This document shows, piece by piece, positions 12,393 to 27,574 of a DNA stretch of 32,000 bases. Source of the DNA: Halorhodospira halophila SL1 (lineage in GTDB: Bacteria; Pseudomonadota; Gammaproteobacteria; Nitrococcales; Halorhodospiraceae); the NCBI RefSeq assembly GCF_000015585.1, contig NC_008789.1:2340001-2372000 (forward strand), given 5' to 3'. The notes beneath the pieces are model-generated. The model saw only the letters and a program-made list of their open reading frames with translations. It searched no databases and had not been told where the DNA came from. Every line of letters begins with the position of its first letter. Within the stretch, counting starts at the first letter, position 1. Made by a program: the position numbers and the translations under genes.

Positions 12393-15300
12393 ATGTACGC
12401 CCCGCCACTCAGAGCCCTCGCCACCGAGCATGTGGTCACCCTGCCTGCCTCGGCTTCCGTCGGCGAGGCTGTGCGGACCATGCAGGACCACAACATCCGG
12501 GATGTGGTCGTCCGCACGCGCGACGGCTTCCGCCTCTTCCTATCCACCATGCTACTGCGCCTGGACCATCTGGGCGCGGACCTGGAGACCCCCCTCGGCA
12601 GACTCGACCTGCCCCGGGCAACCACCCTGAGCCCGGACGCCTCGGTGGTCGACGGGCTGCGGGCCATCCGCAATCGCGGTGAGCACATCTGCCTGGTCGA
12701 TGACCGCGGGGAACTAAGCGGGATCCTGAGCTATACGGATCTGGCGTCGGGGTTGGATCCGAATATGCTGGCGCAAACCCAGAGCATCGGCGAACTCTTC
12801 CGGTGGACCCAGGCGCCGCTGCTGAATCCCGACGCCACCCTGCGCGGGGCAATGGCGGCGATGCGCGAGCAGGACCAGGAGGCTGCGGTGGTGGTCGATG
12901 ACGAGCGCCCCGTCGGCATCCTCACCCAGAAGGACATCATCAAGCTGCTGGCGGCGGGCACCGACCTCGGCTGCACGCTCGAGGCGTGCATGTCGTCACC
13001 GGTCGAGACGCTCCATGAGCAGGCGAGCATCGCCGAAGCCTTAAGCTTCTGCCGCCAGCGCAGAATTAAGCGCGTGGTTGTCGTTGATGATGCCGGCCGG
13101 CTCACCGGCGTCATCGGCCAGAAGGAACTGGTCAACCTCTACTTCAATCAGTGGTTCGCTTTGCTCCAGGAGCAGCAGGACGAGCTGGCCCAGCTGAACC
13201 GGGAACTGCAGGAGAGCAACCGCGCCCTGGAGTCGATCACGGAAGAAGTACCGGGCGGGCTCCTGGTCGTCGGCGCCGATGGGCACATCTCCCGCACCAG
13301 TCGGCGCGCGCTCTCGATCCTGAACACCTCCAGCGAGGCGCTGATTGGCCGCTCCGTTTTCACGCTTTTGGGCTGCACACCCGGTTCTGGGTGCCCGGGG
13401 GATTTAGCATCCGCCCCACCTTTACGTTGCCCCTACAGCGGGCCCCCCATCTCCGCCGACTCGTGCGAGCTGATCGGCGCTCTGCGTTCCGGCGAGGCCT
13501 ACGAGACACGCGACCTCTTTCAAGCACCGGAGGGAGAGCCGGTGCTCGTCGATGTGCGAATCAAGCGCGCCGCCACCGATGGGACAACCATCCTGCTCTT
13601 CCAGGAGGTCTCCAAGGAGGAGCAGAACCGTACCGAGGCACTGGCTTTCCTCAACGGCGGACCGGTGGTCGCCCTCTCCTGGCGGCCGGAACCGGGCTGG
13701 CCGGTGCATTACGCATCGGCCAATGTTGAGCAGGTCCTCGGCTACACCGCGGAGGAGCTCAAGGCACCCGGCTTCCGATTCGCTGACCTGCTCCACCCCG
13801 AGGATACCCAACGGGTGGACCGGGAAATCCGTGCTCAACTCGCCGACGGAGCAGCCCATTTCGAACAGCTCTACCGCGTACGCCACCGCTCCGGGGGCTA
13901 CCGCTGGTGCTACGACTATACGTCTCCGGAATACAACGAAGACGGCCAGCTGCGTCTGCTCCGGGGCTACATCCTCGACCGCACCGAGGAGCAACAAACT
14001 CTTGAACAGCTGACGCGCAGCCGCGAACGCCTGGCGTTAGCCACGGAGTCCGCCGGGCTGGGGATCTGGGACTACGATCTGACCAGCGACCAACTGGACT
14101 GGGACGAGGGCATGTTCCGCCTCTACGGCGTGTCCTCGGAGGCGTTCGGGGGCACCTTCCAAGACTGGACCCGCACCCTGATGCCGGAGTCGCGTGAACG
14201 CGCGCAGGCTGCCTTTGAACAGGCAGTGGCATACAGCAGCACGTTCGAGACCACCATCTCCATCCGGCGGCCGATCGACGGTGCGGAGCGCATCCTCCAG
14301 GGCCAGGCTCAGATCATCCGGGACGAGACCGACCAGGCGGTGCGCGTTGTCGGGGTCAATCGCGACATCACTGAGCAGGAGACGAACCGGCGCCGGCTGA
14401 TCGCCGAGGAGGCGAAATTCCGGGGCCTCTTCGAGCTCTCCCCGGTCGGCATTGCCATGAACGACTTTCAGACCGGCGAATTCCTGGAGTTCAACGACGC
14501 CATCAACGAGCCCGCCGGCTACACCCGCGAGGAATTCGGCAGGCTCAGCTACTGGGATGTCACGCCAGAAAGCTACATGCCGCAGGAGCAGGAGCAGCTC
14601 GAGTCGATGCGGCGCACCGGGCGCTACGGCCCCTTCGAGAAGGAGTACATCCACAAGGACGGCCACCGCTACCCCGTCCTGCTCCACGGCTTCCGGACCA
14701 CCACGCCAGAAGGCCGCGAGGTGATCTGGTCCATCATCCAGGACATCACGGAAACGAAGGCCGCCGAGGCCGCGCTACAAGCGACCAAGGAGCGTTTCGA
14801 GGGGATCTTTCAGAAGACCAGCAGCGGTGTGGCCGTCTATCGACCCGTGGACGGCGGACGGGATTTCGAGTTCTTGGAGTTCAACCCGGCCTCCGAACGC
14901 ATCAATCAGGTCTCCAGGGAGGCGGTCATCGGGGGCAAGCTGACCGAACTCTTCCCCGGCGTCGTGGAGATGGGCCTCCTGGGCGCCCTCCAGCGGGTAG
15001 CAGGCACCGGCCACCCCGAGCACCTGCCGGTGACCGATTACCACGACGAGCGCATCAGCGGCTGGCGCGAGAACTACATCTTCCGCCTCTCCTCGGGCGA
15101 AGTCGTGGCGGTCTACGACGATCTCACCGAGATCAAGCAAGCCCAGGAGCAGGCGGAACAAGCGAGCCGTGCAAAGAGCGAGTTCCTCGCCAACATGAGC
15201 CACGAGATCCGCACCCCGTTGAACGCGGTGATCGGCCTGAGCCAACTCCTCCTGGAAACCTCCCTGGACAAGCGCCAGCAGGACCACTTAAACAAGGTGC

Positions 15301-17324
15301 TCAGCTCCTCGCGGATGCTGCTCGGCATCATCAATGACATCCTCGACTTTTCGAAGATCGAGTCGGGACAGCTGGAGCTGGATACCCATACCTTCGATCT
15401 CCATGAGGTCGTCGACCATCTCGCTGCCCTCTTCGGCGAGGTGGGTCACAGGAAGCAGCTCGAACTCGTCTACAGCCTGCCGCCCCAAATCCCGTGTGTT
15501 CTCGTCGGCGATTCGCTTCGCATCACCCAGGTGCTGACCAACCTGCTCAGTAACGCAACCAAGTTCACGCCCGAGGGCGGCGAGGTCGAAATGGGCATCC
15601 AGCTGGTGGAGCCCCCGAAAGCGGACTCGGTTACCCTGCGCTTCTTCGTGCGGGATACCGGCATCGGCATGAGCGAGGAGCAGCTCGGCCGCTTGTTCCG
15701 GGCCTTTACCCAGGCCGACACCTCGACCACTCGGCGTTACGGCGGTTCGGGTCTGGGGCTGGTCATCAGCCGGCGCCTGGTGGAGCGGATGGGCGGGGCT
15801 CTGGAGGCCACCTCCAAGCCGGGTCAAGGCAGCACCTTCGCCTTCGAGCTCACCCTGCCGCTTGGCACTCCGCAAGCCCCCGCCACGCTCCACTGCCCGA
15901 AAACGGAAGGCCGCCACGTCCTAATTGTGGATGACCACGAGCCGACACGCGAAACCCTCCGCGAGATGCTCCTTCACTGCCACTTTGAGGTAGAAGAGGC
16001 CACGAACGGCGAAGAGGCGATCGAGAAGGTGATCGCCTCCGAGCGTCGGGACGACCCCTTTGATTTCATCCTCATGGACTGGATGATGCCCGGCGGCATG
16101 AGCGGGAGCGAGACCTGCCGTGCGCTGGAGGCGTGCCGTCAGTCGGGCGACCTGGCGCAGACTCGCCCCCCGGTGCTCATGGTCAGCGCCTACGACCCGA
16201 GCCAGATCGACCTCCCCGAGGGCTTGACCCGCGAACTCCTGTCCAAACCGATCACCGCCAACGTCCTCTACCAGGCCCTGCTGCGCGCGGAGCGAGGCGA
16301 TCGTGCCGCCAACATGGGGCCGGAGTCGATGGGGCACACCCCCAACCTCGCCGGGTACCGGATCCTTATCGCCGAGGACAACGAAACCAACCAGGAGGTG
16401 GCTTCGCTGCTGCTGGAGAAGACCGGGGCGCAGGTGCAGGTGGTGAACAACGGCGCCGAGGCCCTCGAGGCCGCCCATGAAGCACCGCCGGACTTGATCC
16501 TGATGGACCTGCAGATGCCGGTACTGGATGGCTTCGAGGCGACACGGCGGCTCCGGGAGGCGGGCTACGGTGGTCCCGTCCTCGCCCTGTCCGCAGCCGT
16601 TACCGAAGGCGACCAACAACGCGCGCGCGCGGCGGGGATGGGCGCCCACATCGCCAAGCCCATCGATCGCGAGCAGCTCTACGCCAGGCTCGCGGATCAC
16701 CTGTCGCCCTCGCCGCAGGCCACGGACGATCCTGACCACGCGGAGGAAACCCCGCCCGGCGGAGGGATACCCAACCACCTCCCCGGCTTCGACCCCGCGC
16801 GGGGCCTGCGGCTCTTCGGCGGTGACGGGGCGGTCTACAGACGAATCCTGCGCGGTTTCCGGCGGCGGATCCGCGACGAGCACACGGCGCTGGTCGGGCA
16901 CCTGCGCCGTGACGACCGGGGAACAGCCCTCCGGGACGCCCATACCCTGAAGGGCGCTGCTGGCAACGCCGCCGCCGTGCGACTCCAGGAGCTGGCCGCC
17001 CGGATCGAGGAGACGCTGGGCACCGGCGCCGGGGTCGATCACCGCCTCATCGATGCCCTGGAGGAGGCCCTGCAGGAGGCCGAGCAAGCCCTGGAGCCGC
17101 TGCTCCCCGCGGCAGCAGCGGCGCCCTCGCCCGGCTCGCCGACCGCCGTGGACGAACTGCGAGCCAAGCTGGCCGCCAGCGAATGGATCGAGACCGAAAC
17201 CTCGGATGCGGCGCTCGCCTACCTGCGCAGCCAGGGCCTGGACTGCGACGAGCTCGAGACCCGGCTCGAGGCCATGGACTTCGATGGGGCGCTGCAGCTG
17301 CTAGAGGCGCTCATCGAACGGTAG
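12393..17324 (+). CDS. Giant cytoplasmic hybrid sensor kinase (4xCBS, ~5 PAS/PAC, HisKA-HATPase, REC, REC, Hpt), here called HK2
   Basis: 1643-aa ORF whose ATG is preceded by AGGAAGG, with no hydrophobic TM segment. The N-terminus has repeated CBS-like units (VVTL....GEAVRTMQDHNIRDVVV; ICLVDDRGELSGILSYTDL; AAVVVDDERPVGILTQKDIIKLL; RVVVVDDAGRLTGVIGQKELV). Multiple PAS/PAC modules follow. The H-box is [14 protein letters not shown] and the ATPase boxes are LLSNATKFT, DTGIGM and GGSGLGLVIS. The two receivers contain FILMDWMMPG and [13 protein letters not shown]. The C-terminal Hpt has DAHTLKGAAGN. Confidence 0.92.
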   Translation: MYAPPLRALATEHVVTLPASASVGEAVRTMQDHNIRDVVVRTRDGFRLFLSTMLLRLDHLGADLETPLGRLDLPRATTLSPDASVVDGLRAIRNRGEHICLVDDRGELSGILSYTDLASGLDPNMLAQTQSIGELFRWTQAPLLNPDATLRGAMAAMREQDQEAAVVVDDERPVGILTQKDIIKLLAAGTDLGCTLEACMSSPVETLHEQASIAEALSFCRQRRIKRVVVVDDAGRLTGVIGQKELVNLYFNQWFALLQEQQDELAQLNRELQESNRALESITEEVPGGLLVVGADGHISRTSRRALSILNTSSEALIGRSVFTLLGCTPGSGCPGDLASAPPLRCPYSGPPISADSCELIGALRSGEAYETRDLFQAPEGEPVLVDVRIKRAATDGTTILLFQEVSKEEQNRTEALAFLNGGPVVALSWRPEPGWPVHYASANVEQVLGYTAEELKAPGFRFADLLHPEDTQRVDREIRAQLADGAAHFEQLYRVRHRSGGYRWCYDYTSPEYNEDGQLRLLRGYILDRTEEQQTLEQLTRSRERLALATESAGLGIWDYDLTSDQLDWDEGMFRLYGVSSEAFGGTFQDWTRTLMPESRERAQAAFEQAVAYSSTFETTISIRRPIDGAERILQGQAQIIRDETDQAVRVVGVNRDITEQETNRRRLIAEEAKFRGLFELSPVGIAMNDFQTGEFLEFNDAINEPAGYTREEFGRLSYWDVTPESYMPQEQEQLESMRRTGRYGPFEKEYIHKDGHRYPVLLHGFRTTTPEGREVIWSIIQDITETKAAEAALQATKERFEGIFQKTSSGVAVYRPVDGGRDFEFLEFNPASERINQVSREAVIGGKLTELFPGVVEMGLLGALQRVAGTGHPEHLPVTDYHDERISGWRENYIFRLSSGEVVAVYDDLTEIKQAQEQAEQASRAKSEFLANMSHEIRTPLNAVIGLSQLLLETSLDKRQQDHLNKVLSSSRMLLGIINDILDFSKIESGQLELDTHTFDLHEVVDHLAALFGEVGHRKQLELVYSLPPQIPCVLVGDSLRITQVLTNLLSNATKFTPEGGEVEMGIQLVEPPKADSVTLRFFVRDTGIGMSEEQLGRLFRAFTQADTSTTRRYGGSGLGLVISRRLVERMGGALEATSKPGQGSTFAFELTLPLGTPQAPATLHCPKTEGRHVLIVDDHEPTRETLREMLLHCHFEVEEATNGEEAIEKVIASERRDDPFDFILMDWMMPGGMSGSETCRALEACRQSGDLAQTRPPVLMVSAYDPSQIDLPEGLTRELLSKPITANVLYQALLRAERGDRAANMGPESMGHTPNLAGYRILIAEDNETNQEVASLLLEKTGAQVQVVNNGAEALEAAHEAPPDLILMDLQMPVLDGFEATRRLREAGYGGPVLALSAAVTEGDQQRARAAGMGAHIAKPIDREQLYARLADHLSPSPQATDDPDHAEETPPGGGIPNHLPGFDPARGLRLFGGDGAVYRRILRGFRRRIRDEHTALVGHLRRDDRGTALRDAHTLKGAAGNAAAVRLQELAARIEETLGTGAGVDHRLIDALEEALQEAEQALEPLLPAAAAAPSPGSPTAVDELRAKLAASEWIETETSDAALAYLRSQGLDCDELETRLEAMDFDGALQLLEALIER

Positions 17325-20192
17325 CGGTCCACCGGGCGGAGGTGCCATCCGCTCCCGGAGGACCTGCTCCGCCTCCTTGAGCGCCTGTTCCAACGCATCG
17401 ATCTGCGTCTCGCTGACTGCCTCGTCGTGCTTCAAGGCGGCTTCAACCTGGCTAGCCCGTTCACCAAGCTCCACCGCGCATACACTTGCGGCACTGCCCT
17501 TGAGGGTATGGGCGATCCGATGCAGCCCCTGCCGATCAGGGACGGAGTCGGTACGCAGCGGCTCGATGAGCGATGCGTGATAGTCCGGTAACTGGCTCTT
17601 GAACAACTGCAATAACCGGGCGTAGGTCGACTGATCTCCGCCAACGATCTCGAGCCCGCGCGCACGATCAAACCCCGGGAGCTCAGCGGGCAGGGTCGCT
17701 GGCGCGGCAGCGTCGGTGTGGGTCTGCTGCGGCTCGGCCGCTGCCCCCTGGGTCTGTGCTGGCCGCCGTATCGCCCCTGCCGCAGGCTTCAACTCGGCCA
17801 TTAGCGTGGCGTAGAGCACCTCCTGCTCCATCGGTTTGGCGATCAGCCCGCGCATCCCGGCTGCCTCGGCGCGGCGACGATCCTCATCCAGCACCGCCGC
17901 CGATAGCGCGATGATCGTTCGGGAGCACCCAGTCTCCAGCAGCCGACGCGAAGCCTCGAAGCCATCCATCAGCGGCATCTGTAGATCCATCAGGATGAGA
18001 TCGGGCTCCGCGTCATCGACAGCATCCAGGGCTGCCATCCCGTTTTCCGCCACTCGGACCCGTGCCCCGGTCTTCTCCAGAAACTGCGTGGCCACTTCCT
18101 GGTTGACCGCGTCATCCTCCACCAGAAGGATCGAAAAGCCCGTCAGATCAGGCACCCGGGACGGCGATGGTTTGGGGCAGTCGGCGGCCTTCTCGCCCGG
18201 TTCGGCGCGCGCCTGTCCAATGGCCACCTCACCGCTGTGCGCTTCGTGCGTCTCCAGGTGGCAAACGTCCAGCGGCCCGCGCCGGCTGCGGGTCGCGGGA
18301 TACGCAGGGGCGCTGCCCTGCACCTCGCCTATGGGGAGTTGCAGGGTGAAGAAGAAGGTGCTGCCCTGCCCAGGCTGCGACGTCACCTCCAGATCCCCCC
18401 CCATCCGCTCCACCAGCCGTCGTCCGATGCCCAGTCCCAGACCCGTACCGCCATACCGGCGGGTCGTCGAGGCGTCGGCCTGCACGAACGGCTGAAAGAC
18501 CCGTTCCAGCTGCTCAGCATCCATACCGATGCCGCTATCGCGGACCTGGAAGCGGATGTTCGCGGCGGCACTGCCGGCACCCGCCTCCTCACGGACTTCC
18601 AATTCCACAGTGCCCCCGCGGGGCGTGAACTTGATCGCATTGCTAAGCAGGTTGGTCAGGACCTGGGTGATGCGCAGCGAATCCCCCACGAGCATGCGCG
18701 GCAGCTCGGGCTGAATGGCGTAGATCAGCTCGATCTCTTTCTCCCGAGCCGCTTCAGAGAAGAGGGTAGCGAGGTGGTCGATCACTTCGCCGAGATCGAA
18801 GGGGCCTGTGTCGAGTTCCAGCTGCCCCGACTCGATTCTGGAGAAGTCGAGGATGTCGTTGATGATGCCGAGCAGCATCCGCGACGAGCGCTGGATCTTT
18901 TTCAGGTAATCGAGCTGGCGCTCGTTCAGTTCGGTATCGAGCAGCAGCTGGCTCAGGCCCACCACGGCGTTCATGGGTGTGCGGATCTCGTGGCTCATGT
19001 TGGCCAGGAATTCACTCTTGGCGCGCGTGGCCTGCTCGGCCTGCTGCCGAGCCCGTTTGAGCCGGCGGTTGGTGACCATCAGCCCGAACGCCATGGCCGC
19101 AAAGACCAGCAGTGCTGTACTGACGGCAACCAGGGGGGTGCGGTAGAGATCCCATAGCTCGTCCCGGCTCAGGGCCCGAGGCGCATCGTAGGGCGGCAGG
19201 CGCAGCGCGCGCGCCAGTTCCTCCACCGGCTCGTAATCCATGGGCACCGAGAAGCCGGCGATTCCGGCAGCCCGGGACGCAGGATGGTCGGGCCCGAGTC
19301 GAAGCAGAGCCGTGGTCATCTCCCGGCCTATGCTGCTTTGCTGACCCTCCGCCTCTTCCAGGTGAACGAGGGGCCACTCGGGGTACAACGCGGTTGAAGC
19401 CACGAAGGGGAAGCCGGCATACGCCTGCTCACCGATGATGCGCACCGCGTCCCGCGCCAGTTCGCCTTCCTCCCAGAGGCGCTCCAGAACGCTAATCCGG
19501 ACAAAGCCGATATCGGCTTCTCCACCCATGACGCGATCGACGACCTGGCGGTGGGGCATACCGGTGAAGTGGATTGCGTCCCCCGTCGGCATGGAGAGAT
19601 CACGCCGCTTCAACTCCATGGCCTGGGCCTGGTACCCGCCCAGGGAGTCCTCGTGCACGGCCGCTACGGTGTGGTCGGGCACATCGCCCCACCCCGACAC
19701 CTCAGGGTGCTCGGCCCGGGTGAAGGCCACGCCGCCGAAACTGCGTAACCGCTCGCCCTGTCGCTCGGGGACCAGCGTCGCCAGCGCACCGGACAAGGCG
19801 TACTGGTCGCGCAGTCGCACGTAGTGCATCGGGTTGGTGAGCAGGAAGTCGAGTTGCTCGTTCTCCAGGAGTCCGTCCAGCTCTGCGTAACCAGCGATGG
19901 CGCCCTCGATCTGGACGTCGTCGATTTCACCGTCCAGGTACTCGACCAGCGGTTGCCAGCGCTCCTCGGCCACCTCCCGAGACTCGAAGGAGAGGATGCC
20001 CAGCGTCACGCTTCGCTCGGCGTGCGCCGACACAACGAACAGCACACCGCCAAGCAGGACCGCAGCGCGACCGAGCCAACGCCCCGCCGGGATGACCGGC
20101 CACTGCAGATGATGGCGGACTCTCTGGTGTGGCCGACCCCGCAGCCATCGGCGACTCAGACGCCCGGAGGGATGCGATGCGTGGTTATTCAC
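17301..20192 (-). CDS. Membrane hybrid sensor kinase with a periplasmic PhnD-like solute-binding domain (PBP-TM-HisKA-HATPase-REC-Hpt), here called HK3
   Basis: 963-aa ORF. GTG at 20192 is the only standard start upstream of the signal/TM segment ([16 protein letters not shown]). The periplasmic region beginning [25 protein letters not shown] resembles phosphonate/phosphate-type binding proteins. A second TM segment is [20 protein letters not shown]. The H-box is [14 protein letters not shown] and the ATPase boxes are [15 protein letters not shown] and [10 protein letters not shown]. The receiver is [10 protein letters not shown]...[13 protein letters not shown] and the Hpt has [11 protein letters not shown]. 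Confidence 0.9.
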   Translation of the reverse strand: MNNHASHPSGRLSRRWLRGRPHQRVRHHLQWPVIPAGRWLGRAAVLLGGVLFVVSAHAERSVTLGILSFESREVAEERWQPLVEYLDGEIDDVQIEGAIAGYAELDGLLENEQLDFLLTNPMHYVRLRDQYALSGALATLVPERQGERLRSFGGVAFTRAEHPEVSGWGDVPDHTVAAVHEDSLGGYQAQAMELKRRDLSMPTGDAIHFTGMPHRQVVDRVMGGEADIGFVRISVLERLWEEGELARDAVRIIGEQAYAGFPFVASTALYPEWPLVHLEEAEGQQSSIGREMTTALLRLGPDHPASRAAGIAGFSVPMDYEPVEELARALRLPPYDAPRALSRDELWDLYRTPLVAVSTALLVFAAMAFGLMVTNRRLKRARQQAEQATRAKSEFLANMSHEIRTPMNAVVGLSQLLLDTELNERQLDYLKKIQRSSRMLLGIINDILDFSRIESGQLELDTGPFDLGEVIDHLATLFSEAAREKEIELIYAIQPELPRMLVGDSLRITQVLTNLLSNAIKFTPRGGTVELEVREEAGAGSAAANIRFQVRDSGIGMDAEQLERVFQPFVQADASTTRRYGGTGLGLGIGRRLVERMGGDLEVTSQPGQGSTFFFTLQLPIGEVQGSAPAYPATRSRRGPLDVCHLETHEAHSGEVAIGQARAEPGEKAADCPKPSPSRVPDLTGFSILLVEDDAVNQEVATQFLEKTGARVRVAENGMAALDAVDDAEPDLILMDLQMPLMDGFEASRRLLETGCSRTIIALSAAVLDEDRRRAEAAGMRGLIAKPMEQEVLYATLMAELKPAAGAIRRPAQTQGAAAEPQQTHTDAAAPATLPAELPGFDRARGLEIVGGDQSTYARLLQLFKSQLPDYHASLIEPLRTDSVPDRQGLHRIAHTLKGSAASVCAVELGERASQVEAALKHDEAVSETQIDALEQALKEAEQVLRERMAPPPGGPLPFDERL

Positions 20193-20392
20193 TCGCGCAC
20201 TTCCAGATCCGCTCTACATGTCGGGACTCCCTGCGAGCCTTTCACGCGTTGCGGAACGAGTAGCTGGATGAAAGTTCACCGTACGCCATTAACCCCTGGT
20301 ACGGTAGGGCAACTTCCCGAAACCATCTCCGGCCATGCCGGGCGCGCGAACCCATGCAACGGCCAACGGATGCCCACCCGCCCCGCACGCGG

Positions 20393-20398
20393 TAGAAT
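20393..20398 (+). promoter_or_regulatory. Candidate -10 element (TAGAAT) upstream of ettA
   Basis: TAGAAT lies 62 nt upstream of the ettA ATG. The corresponding -35 region is poor (about 3/6 matches), so this is weak. Confidence 0.25.
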
Positions 20399-20459
20399 CG
20401 GGGCATCGCGACCGTAACCCTACGGCTCATCCACCCCTGTTCGTTAACGCGGCGGAGAT

Positions 20460-22130
<1,671 letters not shown>

Positions 22131-22147
22131 GGCGCAACACGCTGCCT

Positions 22148-22178
22148 CGCTGGCGGCGGCTGCGCGCCGCCGCCAGCG
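22148..22178. terminator. GC-rich hairpin between the convergent ettA and metY genes (possible bidirectional terminator)
   Basis: Perfect 13-bp stem CGCTGGCGGCGGC / GCCGCCGCCAGCG with a 5-nt loop TGCGC. It sits in the 99-bp gap between the two stop codons. There is no clear U-tract on either side. Confidence 0.45.
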
Positions 22179-22229
22179 GCTCAGGCACAGGGGCTCGGCT
22201 AGACACCAGCCCCTGAAGCCCTACAGACG

Positions 22230-23498
22230 TTACGCCTGCAAGGCCTGGTCGATATCCGCCAGGATGTCGTCGACGTGCTCCAGGCCGATGGACAGGCGCA
22301 CCAGATCCCGCGATACCCCTGCGCTCTCCAGCTCCTCATCGTTGAGCTGGCGGTGCGTGGTGCTGGCCGGGTGGCAAGCCAGGGACTTGGCATCACCGAT
22401 GTTCACCAGCCGGGTGATCAGCTGCAGGGCATCGATGAAGCGTGCCCCCGCCTCGAAGCCGCCCTGCACCCCGAAACTCAGGATGCTGGCCGCCCGGCCG
22501 CCCATGTAGCGATCAGCCAGGGGCTTGTAGGGGCTGTCCTCGAGGCCGGCGAACTTCACCCAGCTTACCCGCGGATGGGCCTGCAGGTACTCGGCAACCC
22601 GCTGGGCGTTGTCGCAGTGGCGGTCCATACGCACCGGCAGGGTCTCGATCCCCTGCAGCAGCTGGAAGGCGTTGAACGGCGACAGCGCGGCCCCCATGTT
22701 GCGCAACGGCACCACCCGGCAGCGGGTGATGTAGGCCGCCTCGCCCATATCCTCGGTGTAAACCACCCCATGGTAGGAGGGGTCCGGCTCGACCATCATC
22801 GGGAAGCGGTCTCCGTGGTCGGCCCAGGGGAACTTCCCGGAGTCGACGATCACCCCGCCCACCGTGGTGCCGTGCCCACCCATGTACTTGGTCAGCGAGT
22901 GGATGACGATGTCCGCGCCGTTGTCGATGGGGCGCCACAGATAGGGCGTGGGCACGGTGTTGTCGACCATCAGCGGGATGCCGTGTCGGTGGGCGATCTC
23001 GGCCAGCCGCTCGACGTCCACCACCTCACCAGAGGGGTTGCCGACACTCTCGCAGAAGAGCGCCTTGGTGCGCTCGTCGATCTGCGCCTCGAGGCGCTCG
23101 TAGTCGTCTTGGGCGGCGAAGCGAACCTCGATGCCGTGGATGGGCAGCGAGTGGGCGAAGAGGTTGTAGGTGCCGCCGTAGAGCCGCGAGGTGGAGACGA
23201 TGTTGTCGCCGGCGCGGGTGATCGCCTGGATGGCGTAGGTGATCGCCGCCATGCCGGAGGCCACCGCCAGCCCACCGATGCCCCCCTCCATAGCCGCCAC
23301 GCGCTGCTCGAGCACGGCGTTGGTGGGGTTCATGATCCGTGTATAGATATTGCCCTCGACCTTGAGGTCGAAGAGATCCGCCCCGTGCTGCGTGTCATCG
23401 AAGGCGTAGGAGGTGGTCTGATAGATGGGCACTGCCACCGCTCGGGTGGTCGGATCGGGGCTGTAGCCGGCGTGGACGGCCTGGGTCTCGAGTTTCAA
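22230..23498 (-). CDS. metY: O-acetylhomoserine sulfhydrylase (PLP-dependent, MetY/MetZ family)
   Basis: The start is set at the TTG at 23498, which follows AAGGAG by 9 nt. This gives (M)[45 protein letters not shown], the typical MetY N-terminus. The PLP-lysine region is [10 protein letters not shown]. The track's 458-aa version merely extends upstream to another TTG. Confidence 0.9.
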   Translation of the reverse strand: MKLETQAVHAGYSPDPTTRAVAVPIYQTTSYAFDDTQHGADLFDLKVEGNIYTRIMNPTNAVLEQRVAAMEGGIGGLAVASGMAAITYAIQAITRAGDNIVSTSRLYGGTYNLFAHSLPIHGIEVRFAAQDDYERLEAQIDERTKALFCESVGNPSGEVVDVERLAEIAHRHGIPLMVDNTVPTPYLWRPIDNGADIVIHSLTKYMGGHGTTVGGVIVDSGKFPWADHGDRFPMMVEPDPSYHGVVYTEDMGEAAYITRCRVVPLRNMGAALSPFNAFQLLQGIETLPVRMDRHCDNAQRVAEYLQAHPRVSWVKFAGLEDSPYKPLADRYMGGRAASILSFGVQGGFEAGARFIDALQLITRLVNIGDAKSLACHPASTTHRQLNDEELESAGVSRDLVRLSIGLEHVDDILADIDQALQA

Positions 23499-23866
23499 CG
23501 CGGATGACTCCTTTTGCGAGATTCCGGATCGGGCGCCCGGACCGGCTCCGGCCCGAAGGCGCGCGCACTCTGATCCAAAAGTGGCATCGCCATTGCGGGG
23601 AATCAAGCAACCGGCGGCGCTAAGCTTATGCCTGCGACGCAGATCCGGGCTGAGCCGCCGGGGGCAACATTGAATTTCGCGGCTTCGGTTGAGATACTGG
23701 CGTGATAACGATTATCCAACCAGGCACCCATCCCCGCGCCGGGCCGCGCAGGTGCGCGCCCTTCTCTTCGTTTCCCCTCGCAAGCCGTAACCGGGCTGCA
23801 GCCTTGCGGCGGCATAGCGCGCGGGCGCCTGACGAACCCGTGAGCCACAGAGCGAACCGATAGACC

Positions 23867-27553
<3,687 letters not shown>

Positions 27554-27574
27554 GCGGGACCCACCGCTAGGAAT

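Noticed and set aside
23499-23866. Tried to recognise a SAH, SAM-II or cobalamin riboswitch in the metY-metH spacer on either strand
   Set aside because: I could not find the conserved cores: the SAH-type GAGGAGCGCUGC...AGGCUCGG...GGCGCUC, or a B12 box GCCACUG. I kept this only as a low-interest place to run Rfam, not as a feature.
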